A stretch of 64,000 nucleotides of DNA. Source: Promethearchaeota archaeon. GTDB lineage: Archaea; Asgardarchaeota; Lokiarchaeia; Sigyniarchaeales; SOKP01. The first letter of the stretch is position 1; each line of letters begins with the position of its first letter. The translations under genes and the position numbers were made by a program. The notes under the pieces were generated by a model that saw nothing but the letters and a program-made list of their open reading frames with translations, ran no database searches and was not told the DNA's origin. Positions 1-10,436 of this stretch are shown piece by piece. Location of the stretch: contig JAUVXW010000024.1 of the NCBI GenBank assembly GCA_030603385.1, forward strand, positions 1-64,000. The letters run 5' to 3'.

Positions 1-1
1 T

Positions 2-664
2 TTTGAGGAAGAAATTTATTATAGAAAAGCTAGAGAAAAGGGGATAAATTTCATACAATATAAACTTGAGAATCCCCCTATATTAAAGAACATTAATAAT
101 AACTTAATATTAGATGTTTTTGATGTTTTAACAAGAATGAAATTTGAACTTTCTTTAGACAAGATAGTTCTTGCTTCACCCTTAATAGCATGGGAAGAAA
201 ATAAAAAATTATCTGAAATCTTAAAAGTCCCCATAGATAGCAATGGATTCTTTTTTGAAGCACATCCCAAATTAAGACCAATTGATTTCGCAACAGATGG
301 AATTTTTGTTTGTGGAACTGCTCAAAGTCCTAAAAATATAACAGAATCTATAAGTCAAGCTCTTGGAGCGGCATCCAGAGCTTTAATACCCTTAATGAAC
401 GGTAAAGCTGTTGTTGATGGTGCTACTTCATTTTTACCAGAATACAATAAAAATTTATGTAGTGGTTGTGAAGTTTGTATTACAGTTTGCCCATACAAAG
501 CAATTAATAAAAATGAAGCAGATGAGATTGAAATAACTCAAGTTCTTTGTAAAGGATGCGGAGTTTGTGGAGCTACTTGTTGTAATCATGCTATAATAAT
601 TAGACACTTTACAGATGAGCAAATTCTATCTGAAATATATGCATATGGAGGTAGAGAAGCATAA
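2..664 (+). CDS. hdrA: HdrA-like heterodisulfide reductase subunit A, C-terminal part (5'-truncated by window)
   Basis: Frame is open from nt 2 (YYRKAREKGI); FFEAHPKLRPIDFATDGIFVCG and two CxxCxxCxxxC ferredoxin motifs; paralogous to the C-terminus of 1438..4455. Confidence 0.9.
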   Translation, partial: FEEEIYYRKAREKGINFIQYKLENPPILKNINNNLILDVFDVLTRMKFELSLDKIVLASPLIAWEENKKLSEILKVPIDSNGFFFEAHPKLRPIDFATDGIFVCGTAQSPKNITESISQALGAASRALIPLMNGKAVVDGATSFLPEYNKNLCSGCEVCITVCPYKAINKNEADEIEITQVLCKGCGVCGATCCNHAIIIRHFTDEQILSEIYAYGGREA

Positions 665-1425
665 TGAGTTTTGAGCCAAAAATTTTAGGATTTCTGTGTA
701 ATTGGTGTTCATATGCAGGTGCTGATTTAGCTGGTGTGAGTAGGTTCCAATATCCAACAAATATTAGAGTAATAAGGATTATGTGTAGTGGTAGAGTTGA
801 TCCTAAATTTATTTTTAAAGCTCTTCAAATAGGAATCGATGGATTAATTGTAATGGGTTGCCATCTTGGCGATTGTCATTATATTGAAGGAAATTATGAG
901 GCAGAGAAAAAATTTAACATGGTTAAAAGATTTCTTAGCTTCATAAACCTTGATAATAGAGTAAGGTTAGAATGGGTTTCTGCTTCCGAAGGTAAAAGGT
1001 TTACCGAGGTTGTTAAAGATTTTACTAACCAAATTAAAGAACTTGGACCATCTCCACTCAGCGGAGATAATCCTGATAAAATCTTACTCGAAAAGTTAAT
1101 TGCAATTGAAATGGCAGCGGGTAGTGATAGAATTAGAGCGCTAGTCGGAAGACAAAGAAAAATTACAGAAGAAGAAAATGTATACGGAGAGAAAGTACTT
1201 CTAGAGAATTTTAATAATATACTCAATTCAGCAATTAAAGATGAATTTGAGCGACATCAAATATTATTATCTTTAGAAAAAGATTCCAAGTCAGTTAAGG
1301 ATTTAGCAATTGAATTAGAAATAGATCCAAGTGTTATCTTAGAACACATGTTACTATTAAAAAATCGAGGTCAAGTAGATTTTGGAGAAATTATTGGAAT
1401 TACACCAATGTTTATCAGGATGTAA
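664..1425 (+). CDS. mvhD: MvhD/FlpD [2Fe-2S] subunit with C-terminal extension ending in a putative winged HTH
   Basis: FLCNWCSYAGADLAG, CSGRV, GCHLGDCHY motifs; about 120 extra aa ending KSVKDLAIELEIDPSVILEHMLLLKNRGQV. Confidence 0.88.
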   Translation: MSFEPKILGFLCNWCSYAGADLAGVSRFQYPTNIRVIRIMCSGRVDPKFIFKALQIGIDGLIVMGCHLGDCHYIEGNYEAEKKFNMVKRFLSFINLDNRVRLEWVSASEGKRFTEVVKDFTNQIKELGPSPLSGDNPDKILLEKLIAIEMAAGSDRIRALVGRQRKITEEENVYGEKVLLENFNNILNSAIKDEFERHQILLSLEKDSKSVKDLAIELEIDPSVILEHMLLLKNRGQVDFGEIIGITPMFIRM

Positions 1426-1437
1426 GGAGGATAAGAT

Positions 1438-4400
1438 ATGGAAAAAATAGGAGCTGTAATGGTTGTAGGCGCTGGTATAGGTGGTTCCCAAGCCTCTTTA
1501 GATTTGGGAGATTCAGGTTTTAAAGTCTATTTAATCGAATCAACAACTAGTATCGGTGGTGTTATGGCACAATTAGATAAGACATTTCCAACTAATGATT
1601 GTGCAATGTGTATAGTAAGTCCAAAGTTAGTGGAAACAGGACGACACCAAAATGTTGATTTGAGTATTAATTGTAAAATTCTAGATGTCTCTGGAGAGGC
1701 AGGAAACTTTACGGTAAAAGTAAAAAAGAATTCTTTATTTATTAATCCAGATGTGTGTACTGGGTGTGGACAATGTGGGATTGCATGTCCAGTTGAAGCA
1801 ATTGATATGTTCAATGAGGGTTTAGCAAAATATGCTGCGACTTCCGTAAAGTACCCCCAAGCTGTCCCGCTTGTCTATGCCATCAATAAAGATATCTGCA
1901 TAGGATGTGGAGTATGCGCTGGAGTTTGTAAAGCCAAAGCCGTAGAATACGATCGAGAGGATGAAATTGTAGATATCAATGTTGGGGCTATCGTATTATC
2001 ACCTGGTTTTGATGAATTTATTCCTCCAAAAGTTAATAAATATGGTTATGGTAAATTTAAGAATGTTGTAACGAGTATTGAGTTTGAGCGTATATTAAGC
2101 GCTAGCGGTCCTTTTGCGGGAAGAGTTTTAAGACCTTCTGATGGAGACATACCAGAAAAGGTAGCTTTCCTTCAATGTGTAGGATCACGAGACTATTCGG
2201 GAGAAGGACAGCCATATTGTTCTTCCGTTTGTTGCATGTATACTGCTAAGGAAGCTGTAATTGCTCATGAACATCAACATGAAGTAAAACCCACTATTTT
2301 TAGTATGGATATTAGAGCCTATGGAAAAGACTTCGATAAATACATAATTAGAGCTCAAGAAGAATATGGTATCCGGTATATTAGGAGTCGGATTTCTTCT
2401 GTAGAAGAAAATCCCGAAACAAAAGATCTTCAACTTCGATATGAAACAGAAGATGGGAAAGTAATTGAAGAAGACTATAATATGGTGGTTTTGGGTGTCG
2501 GATTAAATCCCCCCGATGATGCGGAATATCTTGCTGAAAAATTTGGAATTGAATTAAATGAATATAAATTTGCTGCCACTGATATTTTTAATCCTGTACA
2601 GACTACGAGACCAGGTATTTTTGCATGTGGAGCATTTTCTCAGCCCAAAGACATTCCTGAAACTGTTACACAAGCAAGTGCAGCTGCTGGATGTGTGGAT
2701 CAACTTTTATATGATAAAAGAGATACCTTAATCACAGAAAAAACATTACCACCGGAGATTTTTGTGGCGGGACAACCTCCTAGAATTGGTGTCTTTGTAT
2801 GTCACTGTGGAATTAATATAGGTGGATATGTAGATGTTCCAGAAGTAACAAGATATGCAAGTACTCTTCCCAATGTAGTCATGGCGGATAGAAATTTATA
2901 TACCTGTTCTGCTGATACACAAGGGATAATAAAAGAAAAAATAGAAGAATATCATTTAAACCGTGTAATTGTTGCATCTTGCACACCAAGAACTCATGAA
3001 CCTCTATTCCAAGAGACGATACGTGAAGCAGGATTAAATAGGTACCTATTTCAAATGGCAAATATTCGCGATCAATGCTCATGGGTTCATATGAAACAAC
3101 CTAAAGAAGCTACGCAAAAAGCAAAAGACCTCGTGAGAATGGCAGTTAATAAAGCAAGGCAACTTGCTCCAATAGATAGAATAAAACTTGGTGTTACAAG
3201 GAAGGCAATGGTTATAGGTGGAGGTATTACTGGTATGGTCGCAGCCCTAAATTTTGCGAGTCAAGAAATTGAAACTCACTTAGTTGAAAGAGAAGCAAAA
3301 TTAGGAGGTTTTGCCAACCATATATATCATACACTTGAGGGTGGGGATGTTCAAGCTTATTTAGCAGACATAATTGATAAAGTAAAATCGAATAAATTTA
3401 TTCACGTTTATACTGATGCCGAAATTGAAGCCATAGGCGGATATATTGGAAATTTTAAGTCTACAGTTGCTTACGGTCCAAAGAAAGAGAGAGTAGAATT
3501 TGATCATGGCATTGTTATTGTAGCTACTGGGGCTAGTGAATATAAACCAAAAGAATTTCTTTACGGTCAAAATGATAATGTGATTTTACAATCAGAATTT
3601 GAAAAAATCCTAAATACAAATGGAAAAATCAAAGATAAGAAATCTATTGTAATGATTCAATGTGTAGGTTCTAGAAATGATGAGCATCCTTATTGTAGTA
3701 AAATGTGTTGCGCGGAGGCTATTAAAAACGCGCTATTAGTTAAAGAACTAAATCCATCAAGCGAAGTTGTAATTCTCTTTCGAGATATCAGAACCTATGG
3801 ATTTAAAGAAAAATATTATAGAAAAGCAAGGGAAGCAGGAGTTATTTTCCTTCGATATGATGAAAATAACCTTCCTGAAATTAGTACAAATGGATCTTCA
3901 TTAAAAGTGGATGTTAAGACCGCAAAAGCGGGAGACTTATCAATATCCTCAGATTTATTAGTATTAAGTGCAGGCATAGTTGCATCTCACGAGAAAAATG
4001 AAGAACTTGCTAAAATGTTAAAAGTACCTTTAAATAATGATAATTTTTATTTAGAAGCCCACGTTAAGCTTCGTCCAGTTGATTTTGCGACTGAAGGAAT
4101 ATTTGTCGCTGGAATGGCACACTGCCCAAAAACTATAGAAGACTCAATTTCACAAGCCAATGCTGCTGTTTCAAGAGCATGCACAATTCTCTCTAAAGAT
4201 GAAATTGAAGCAGAAGGTAAAACAGCTGTAATTGATATGTCTCGGTGTATCGGGTGTGGCATGTGTATAGAGAATTGTGCTTATAATGCGATAGAACTAA
4301 TTGAAGATAGAAGATTCGGCCTCGTAGCGTCTATTAATCAAGTACTATGTAAAGGATGTGGAGCATGTAGTGGGAATTGTCGATGTAGTGCCATCGATAT

Positions 4401-4455
4401 ATTAGGCTTTACTGCCGAACAAATCTTTGAAATGATAACTGGCCGTATAGGTTAA
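1438..4455 (+). CDS. hdrA: Large HdrA-like FAD/Fe-S flavoprotein (tandem HdrA modules)
   Basis: GAGIGG, LDKTFPTNDCAMCI, QCVGSR twice, FVCHCGINIG, ferredoxin motifs; SD AGGAGG upstream. Confidence 0.93.
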   Translation: MEKIGAVMVVGAGIGGSQASLDLGDSGFKVYLIESTTSIGGVMAQLDKTFPTNDCAMCIVSPKLVETGRHQNVDLSINCKILDVSGEAGNFTVKVKKNSLFINPDVCTGCGQCGIACPVEAIDMFNEGLAKYAATSVKYPQAVPLVYAINKDICIGCGVCAGVCKAKAVEYDREDEIVDINVGAIVLSPGFDEFIPPKVNKYGYGKFKNVVTSIEFERILSASGPFAGRVLRPSDGDIPEKVAFLQCVGSRDYSGEGQPYCSSVCCMYTAKEAVIAHEHQHEVKPTIFSMDIRAYGKDFDKYIIRAQEEYGIRYIRSRISSVEENPETKDLQLRYETEDGKVIEEDYNMVVLGVGLNPPDDAEYLAEKFGIELNEYKFAATDIFNPVQTTRPGIFACGAFSQPKDIPETVTQASAAAGCVDQLLYDKRDTLITEKTLPPEIFVAGQPPRIGVFVCHCGINIGGYVDVPEVTRYASTLPNVVMADRNLYTCSADTQGIIKEKIEEYHLNRVIVASCTPRTHEPLFQETIREAGLNRYLFQMANIRDQCSWVHMKQPKEATQKAKDLVRMAVNKARQLAPIDRIKLGVTRKAMVIGGGITGMVAALNFASQEIETHLVEREAKLGGFANHIYHTLEGGDVQAYLADIIDKVKSNKFIHVYTDAEIEAIGGYIGNFKSTVAYGPKKERVEFDHGIVIVATGASEYKPKEFLYGQNDNVILQSEFEKILNTNGKIKDKKSIVMIQCVGSRNDEHPYCSKMCCAEAIKNALLVKELNPSSEVVILFRDIRTYGFKEKYYRKAREAGVIFLRYDENNLPEISTNGSSLKVDVKTAKAGDLSISSDLLVLSAGIVASHEKNEELAKMLKVPLNNDNFYLEAHVKLRPVDFATEGIFVAGMAHCPKTIEDSISQANAAVSRACTILSKDEIEAEGKTAVIDMSRCIGCGMCIENCAYNAIELIEDRRFGLVASINQVLCKGCGACSGNCRCSAIDILGFTAEQIFEMITGRIG

Positions 4456-4477
4456 AAAAGAATTTAGGTTAAAGAAA

Positions 4478-4927
4478 ATGACAGAAACAGTTTTGGAAAA
4501 GAAAGTTGATGAAAAATGGGAACCAAAGATCATTGCGTTCTTATGTAACTGGTGTTCTTATGCCGGGGCTGATCTGGCGGGCGTAAGTAGAATTCAATAT
4601 CCTCCAAATATAAGAATTGTTAGAGTTCCCTGTTCTGGAAGGGTGAACCCTTATTTTATTATAAAGAGTTTAACGGACGGATGGGATGGCGTAGTAGTTT
4701 CAGGTTGTCATCCTGGTGATTGCCATTATATCAGCGGAAATTTAGTTGCTCGAAGGCGTTTTGCTATATTAAAAGAACTCTTAGAATTTTTTGGGATTGA
4801 ACCCGGAAGAGTTAATTTTATGTGGGCATCTGCGGCTGAAGGAGAACGCTTTGCTGTGTTGATTAGGAAAGCTACGAAAATTGTTAAGGAATTAGGACCA
4901 AATACAAAATTTCAAAAGGAGTGGTAA
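4478..4927 (+). CDS. mvhD: MvhD/FlxD [2Fe-2S] subunit
   Basis: FLCNWCSYAGADLAG, PCSGRV, GCHPGDCHY. Confidence 0.92.
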   Translation: MTETVLEKKVDEKWEPKIIAFLCNWCSYAGADLAGVSRIQYPPNIRIVRVPCSGRVNPYFIIKSLTDGWDGVVVSGCHPGDCHYISGNLVARRRFAILKELLEFFGIEPGRVNFMWASAAEGERFAVLIRKATKIVKELGPNTKFQKEW

Positions 4928-4930
4928 GAA

Positions 4931-5941
4931 ATGGGTATTGAAACAGAAAACAAAGAAATTGAAGACTCGATGAGAGATGAGGCTAAGAAGTTACTTAGTG
5001 AGAATCAAGTAGATGTTGTAATTGGATATTCTCAAGGTACTGTGCCTTTAAATTCCACCATGGTTATTATTAGGAAAGAAGAGGACGTAGACAAGTTAAT
5101 CTGGAATAATTTATGCTATATTAATTTAGCAAGATATTTAGCCCCATTAATGCCCCAACTTTGTGATTCAGAGGGAAAACCTTTGAAAATTGGGATTGTT
5201 GCTAAAGGTTGTGTTGGTAGGGCAATAAACATGCTAGCTGTGGAGAAACAGATAAATCTAGAAAACATTAAGATGATTGGGATTAATTGCAATGGAAATG
5301 TTAACAGAAGTAAAATTGATTTGGAAATAGGGGAAAAAGAGATTCTTGATGTCTCTGTATCTGGAGATGATATCATCGTGAAGGGAAAAGATTGGGAGAA
5401 GAAATTTCCCTATGATCAATATATTAATGAATTATGTAAGGTTTGTCAAGTAAAATCCCCTTCAGCTACTGGAGAAACATGTGTAGGTGAATGTCAGGAA
5501 ATAGAATCTATACACGATGAATTTGCGGATATTGATGATTTTGAATCAAAAACCACTGAGGAGAAATGGGAAGAAATTAAGAGTTCTTTAGAAGTTTGTA
5601 CTTTATGTTATTCATGCCGTCAAGCCTGTCCAGTTTGCTATTGCAACCTCTGCTTTGTAGATCAAAATTTACCTATATGGTTTGGAAAAACTACTGAATA
5701 CACTGATATATTCACATTTCATTTAATCCGCGCAACACATATAGCGGGTAGGTGTGTAGCATGTGGAGCATGTTCATCAGTATGTCCAGTTGGTATTGAC
5801 CTAAATATTATCACGAGGAAATTGGAGAAAATTGTGAAAGAAAGGTTTGATTTTACATCAGGTCTTAATGCAGAAACTCTCCCTCCTATGATGGATTTCA
5901 AAATGGAAGATGAACAAGAATTTATGTTGGAGGAAGATTAA
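4931..5941 (+). CDS. FlxC-like 4Fe-4S protein (FrhB/FdhB-like)
   Basis: CTLCYSCRQACPVCYC, GRCVACGACSSVCP; position after mvhD. Confidence 0.8.
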   Translation: MGIETENKEIEDSMRDEAKKLLSENQVDVVIGYSQGTVPLNSTMVIIRKEEDVDKLIWNNLCYINLARYLAPLMPQLCDSEGKPLKIGIVAKGCVGRAINMLAVEKQINLENIKMIGINCNGNVNRSKIDLEIGEKEILDVSVSGDDIIVKGKDWEKKFPYDQYINELCKVCQVKSPSATGETCVGECQEIESIHDEFADIDDFESKTTEEKWEEIKSSLEVCTLCYSCRQACPVCYCNLCFVDQNLPIWFGKTTEYTDIFTFHLIRATHIAGRCVACGACSSVCPVGIDLNIITRKLEKIVKERFDFTSGLNAETLPPMMDFKMEDEQEFMLEED

Positions 5942-5957
5942 AAAGGTGAACTAAAGA

Positions 5958-7019
5958 ATGGAACAAAAAATATTAAAGAAGGATGAAATTGGAAAATTAT
6001 ATAAAGAATTCGAGAGTGAGTATAATTTTTATGCTCCGATTAACCAAAAAGGAAACATAGTTTTTGAGAAGATCGAAAATCCTGAAGATATTGTACTTGA
6101 TTACTTAAATTCCAAGATTCCACCAAAAACAGTATTATTTCCACAAATGGAAGTATTATTTGAATACACTTTAGACGAAAAAGATGTTGAAATCACTGAT
6201 AGACAAGATTTAGATCAAAAAATATTGATATTTGGAATCCGCCCTTGTGATGCATATAGTTTTGAATTAATGGCCAATTTCTTTTCATTTCACGGAAACT
6301 GGGAAGATGAGATCTATTTAAAGAAAAAAGAAAATACAACACTTATTGGAATTGGATGTAATAGTCCAAGAACTACATGTTTTTGTACATCTGTAGGGGG
6401 AAACCCTTTTAACAAGGAGAACATGGATGTATTTTTGACAGATTTAGGGGAAACATATTTGGTTGAAGGTATCAGTGAAAAGGGTAAGGAGATTGTTAAG
6501 AAATTATCATGGCTCTCTGATGCCGCTGATAAAGATGTGAAAAAATCTCAAGAATTAGCCAAACAAGCTGAAGAATCAATAGTTACAAAGATGGATACTG
6601 ATAAAATCGTAAGCAACTTAGAAACAAGTTTTGAACATCCCATATGGGAGGAGATCAGTGAATCATGTATAGGATGTGGTTCTTGTGCTTATTTATGTCC
6701 AACATGTACCTGTTTTGATGTCATAGATGAAACAGACCAGTACAATAACCGAGGTAGAAGAATTAGAATCTGGGATACCTGTCAGTCATGTCTCTACACG
6801 CTTGAAACGAGTGGACATAACCCTCGAAATACTAAAATCCAACGATGCCGTAATAGAATAATGCATAAGTTCAGTTATTATCCTACGAATTATGACTTAT
6901 TGGGCTGTGTAGGATGTGGTAGATGTATTACTGTATGTCCAGCTAACAATGATCTTCGAACAATATTAAGTAAAATAGAAAAAATAGAAAAAGAGGAGGA
7001 TGAGAAAGTAGTTGCCTAA
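5958..7019 (+). CDS. FlxB/AsrA-like 4Fe-4S dicluster protein
   Basis: GIRPCD, CFCTSVGG, CIGCGSCAYLCPTCTCF, GCVGCGRCITVCP. Confidence 0.85.
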   Translation: MEQKILKKDEIGKLYKEFESEYNFYAPINQKGNIVFEKIENPEDIVLDYLNSKIPPKTVLFPQMEVLFEYTLDEKDVEITDRQDLDQKILIFGIRPCDAYSFELMANFFSFHGNWEDEIYLKKKENTTLIGIGCNSPRTTCFCTSVGGNPFNKENMDVFLTDLGETYLVEGISEKGKEIVKKLSWLSDAADKDVKKSQELAKQAEESIVTKMDTDKIVSNLETSFEHPIWEEISESCIGCGSCAYLCPTCTCFDVIDETDQYNNRGRRIRIWDTCQSCLYTLETSGHNPRNTKIQRCRNRIMHKFSYYPTNYDLLGCVGCGRCITVCPANNDLRTILSKIEKIEKEEDEKVVA

Positions 7020-7851
7020 TCCGTATATTCCTTATCTAACTAGAGTTAAATCGATAGTTGGGGAAAATAAAGCCAATGATATAAAAACTATCGAGTTAGA
7101 ATTTAAAAATGAGGAAGATTACAAGAAATTTGATTATATTCCAGGACAATTTGCCGAAATTAGTGTAATTGGAAAGGGAGAATGCCCTATAGGGATTGCT
7201 TCTTCTCCAACTGAGGAGGGGACAATTAAATTCACGATAAAAAGGATGGGAACCGTTACTTCTGCGTTTCATGGTAGTGAACTTGGAGATATCATTGGAG
7301 TAAGAGGGCCTTGCGGAAATGGTTGGCCAGTTGAAGATATGAAGGGAAAGAACATCGTGGTTATTGGTGGAGGTTTTGCATTCTCAACATTACGATCACT
7401 GGTATTATATTTACTTGATGAGAAGCATAGAAAAGATTATGGAGATATTACTGTAATTTACGGAAACCGAGATCCTGGAGAAGTCCTATATACAGATGTA
7501 TTAGACGAATGGAAAAAAAGAGACGATATTAAAGTAGTTTTGACAATTGATCGTGAAGCGGAAGGATGGACCGAAGAAGTAGGATTTGTCGCACCCATTG
7601 TTAAAAAAGTGTCTCCAAAATCCGATAATGGAGTCGCAGTCATCTGTGGACCTCCAATAATGATTAAAACTACAATCGCTGTCATGGAAGAACTAAATTG
7701 GGGCCCGGAACAGATTCTCAATTCACTAGAGGCGAGAATGAAGTGTGGGATAGGAAAATGCGGGCGCTGTAATATCGGAAACAAGTTTATATGTACTGAC
7801 GGACCAGTTTTTTCTCTTGCTGAGCTCAAGGAACTGCCTGATGAATATTAA
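7012..7851 (+). CDS. FlxA/AsrB-like FAD/NAD-binding [2Fe-2S] oxidoreductase
   Basis: PGQF, RGPCGNGWP, GGG, CGPPIM, MKCGIGKCGRC...C.DGPVF; TTG start. Confidence 0.88.
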   Translation: MPNPYIPYLTRVKSIVGENKANDIKTIELEFKNEEDYKKFDYIPGQFAEISVIGKGECPIGIASSPTEEGTIKFTIKRMGTVTSAFHGSELGDIIGVRGPCGNGWPVEDMKGKNIVVIGGGFAFSTLRSLVLYLLDEKHRKDYGDITVIYGNRDPGEVLYTDVLDEWKKRDDIKVVLTIDREAEGWTEEVGFVAPIVKKVSPKSDNGVAVICGPPIMIKTTIAVMEELNWGPEQILNSLEARMKCGIGKCGRCNIGNKFICTDGPVFSLAELKELPDEY

Positions 7852-7901
7852 AATCGTTTAAAAAGTAGTTATACTATTTTTATTGTTATTTTTTCTTTTT
7901 C

Positions 7902-9185
7902 TTATTTTCTTTCATATGATTCCGCTATATGTGGAATTAAAAGATATACTGCTGCTAGATACAAGGGTATCAAGGATAGTTCAACGAAAATTGATATTAT
8001 AAAAGGAAATTGGGGGCTAATAAGATCCATGACTATTCCTCCTAAAAGTGGTCCAATTACGGCGCCTAAAAATGCAAAAAAATCACCGACTCCAAAAATC
8101 TTCCCCCTATGTTCAGTAGAAATTCTACTATATAAGTTTTGGAAAATCAAACCAGCAGACATCCCAATGGCCATATCAAACAATAAAAGAAACGAAAAAG
8201 TCCATATGTTAGCGGCATTAATTAAAAACCAAGTCATTAAAGCACCTAATAAACTAGTTACTGTTATTCCTACTAATGGGTGAAGTTTATCGACTAAAAC
8301 ACCTAATTTAGGAGCAAGAAGAGTTGCTAACAATCCAGTTGGCAGGTATGCCCAAACAACTAGATTGATGTTACTTTCTATATTTTTTAATATATAGAGA
8401 TTTAAATATGGTCTGGCAATGTTTCCATTAATACTTCCTAAAAAAAGAAGAGCAATCAAAAACATCGCCCCAATAATCATTGATGGTGAAGTAAAGACTT
8501 TTTTTTTTTGAGATTTATCATTTGATATATTATTAATATCCTCATTATCTAACTTATAAAACTTAATAGATTCATCTACTTTACGGTAAAAGATTATTCC
8601 TGCTATAAAATTTGCGATCCCATATATCGGAATGGCGCCATAGATGACTATAGGATTATTTGTGAAGGCACTTGTAACCATTAAAAGAGTAAATCCAAAT
8701 ACACCCCCTATAATTTGACCTACTGCGTTTATGGAATCTCTCTTTCCATATGCTTGAGAGCGGTGATCCTTACTTGATTTCTCAGCAACAAACATATTAA
8801 AGGGAACCCAAAAAATACCTGCCATATGCCCTAAAATGAAATATCCAATCCCTAAAAGTAAAATATGGTTAGTAATAAACGAGGCATAAATAATAAAATA
8901 AGAAATTGCTCTCCCAAATGATCCTATTAAAACAAGAGAAGTTCTTGATTCTATACGATCAGCAATAAATCCTATATAAAAGCCACTTATCATACGACCT
9001 ATAACATTAGCCACGAAAATTAAACCAATTTGGAAGTAAGAAGCACCCATGTTTTCTTGGGCAATAATACTAATCCAAAAACCTAAGAAAAAGAAACCTA
9101 AACTATTTAAGATGATGATCGTTAACATTTGATTGTAATCGCTGGTAAAGCGATTCTCATCTATCTTAAATAATCTAAATTTCAT
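7902..9185 (-). CDS. MFS transporter
   Basis: About 12 hydrophobic segments; GFIADRIE and GVLVDKL motif-A-like loops; HRGKIFG. Confidence 0.85.
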   Translation of the reverse strand: MKFRLFKIDENRFTSDYNQMLTIIILNSLGFFFLGFWISIIAQENMGASYFQIGLIFVANVIGRMISGFYIGFIADRIESRTSLVLIGSFGRAISYFIIYASFITNHILLLGIGYFILGHMAGIFWVPFNMFVAEKSSKDHRSQAYGKRDSINAVGQIIGGVFGFTLLMVTSAFTNNPIVIYGAIPIYGIANFIAGIIFYRKVDESIKFYKLDNEDINNISNDKSQKKKVFTSPSMIIGAMFLIALLFLGSINGNIARPYLNLYILKNIESNINLVVWAYLPTGLLATLLAPKLGVLVDKLHPLVGITVTSLLGALMTWFLINAANIWTFSFLLLFDMAIGMSAGLIFQNLYSRISTEHRGKIFGVGDFFAFLGAVIGPLLGGIVMDLISPQFPFIISIFVELSLIPLYLAAVYLLIPHIAESYERK

Positions 9186-9276
9186 TAAATTCTGAAATTA
9201 TGGATTAAATTTATGGTTTTATAAAAGAAGAGTCTTACTTTTATGTAAAAACTGAACGGTAAGGAAAGTTTAGCAG

Positions 9277-10251
9277 TTAAATTTCAAAAATATTTCCTGT
9301 GTTATATAAGGTTCCCTCTAATTCAAGCTGAATCTGTCCTCCTGATGCGATTTCTACAGCGTAATTTATTCCTTCCAAAACTCGAGTCATCATAAATTCA
9401 TAAGCTGTAAAACAATCTTCAATTGGAGTCATAGTCTCACCCGCATAACAACGAGACATTGCCGGTATCAGTTCTGGAATAAAATCTTGGCTTATCATCA
9501 TCTCTTCGGCATCAATCATCGCTTCCTGGGCAATTGTGAAAGGTTTATAGACATCCATTTGAGCAAACATTATTCGACAAACAAAAAGAGACGCTTTAAT
9601 TTCCTTCATAATGAATTTTATTCTATTTTTATCATCTAAAAACTTCTTAAATGTTATAGCATTAATAATATCTTCATTAGTAATAGTATCTGAAGTATCC
9701 ATTAATTTCCTAACTCTCTCTGACATCCTTTTTGAAGATAACATTAATTTGAGATTCATTTTATTCTTTTTGTAATAATCCCTATAAAAAGCAGAAAGAA
9801 ATGTATGAGCACCCATATTATTTTGGTCTTCAGCAGGATCTAATCTAAAATTATTATTTTTAAATTCGTCCATAAAGTGCTTAATAACTAAGAATTTTAA
9901 TTTTAAACGATGTAATGCTAGATATAGACATAACCTCGTTTTAGTATAAGCTACAACATTGCCCATTCTAAACCTATCATGATGATCACGTTCATACATA
10001 ACAATAGGTTTTAATTTACTTACAATAACATCTATAAAATATTCAATAATGTGTTCAAGAGGTCCGCATTCTATTACGTGAAATTTCTCGATGAGTCTTT
10101 GGCTTGATGGCTGACTTTGCGGTAATTCTTTAATATCATTATAATTGTAAAATTCAAGAAATAGAGATGTTAGTGCTTCCATTTCTAAAACTGTCCGGCA
10201 AGGAATAAACACTTTATTTAAGTCATACAGGATCGTGCTACTTTCTGGCAT
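9277..10251 (-). CDS. Hypothetical soluble protein
   Basis: 324-aa ORF with AGGT SD-like sequence upstream; no motif recognised. Confidence 0.75.
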   Translation of the reverse strand: MPESSTILYDLNKVFIPCRTVLEMEALTSLFLEFYNYNDIKELPQSQPSSQRLIEKFHVIECGPLEHIIEYFIDVIVSKLKPIVMYERDHHDRFRMGNVVAYTKTRLCLYLALHRLKLKFLVIKHFMDEFKNNNFRLDPAEDQNNMGAHTFLSAFYRDYYKKNKMNLKLMLSSKRMSERVRKLMDTSDTITNEDIINAITFKKFLDDKNRIKFIMKEIKASLFVCRIMFAQMDVYKPFTIAQEAMIDAEEMMISQDFIPELIPAMSRCYAGETMTPIEDCFTAYEFMMTRVLEGINYAVEIASGGQIQLELEGTLYNTGNIFEI

Positions 10252-10436
10252 ATGAAAAATACCTTTCGATAATAAGTTTGAGTTAATTAATAATAACCCT
10301 CTATCTTAACAAATAATATTCTAGATTTTCTTTAAAATAAGCTTTGCGATTGAATCTAAAAAATGCAAGATATTTAATGCTGAGATAAAAGAAATATAAA
10401 TGAAGCTCTTGAATTAAACAAATATTAGACTTATAT

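Noticed and set aside
2-4927. Selenocysteine (UGA) recoding in HdrA/MvhD, known in some Lokiarchaeia
   Set aside because: All relevant motif positions visible here are Cys codons with no in-frame TGA, and no SECIS was recognised.
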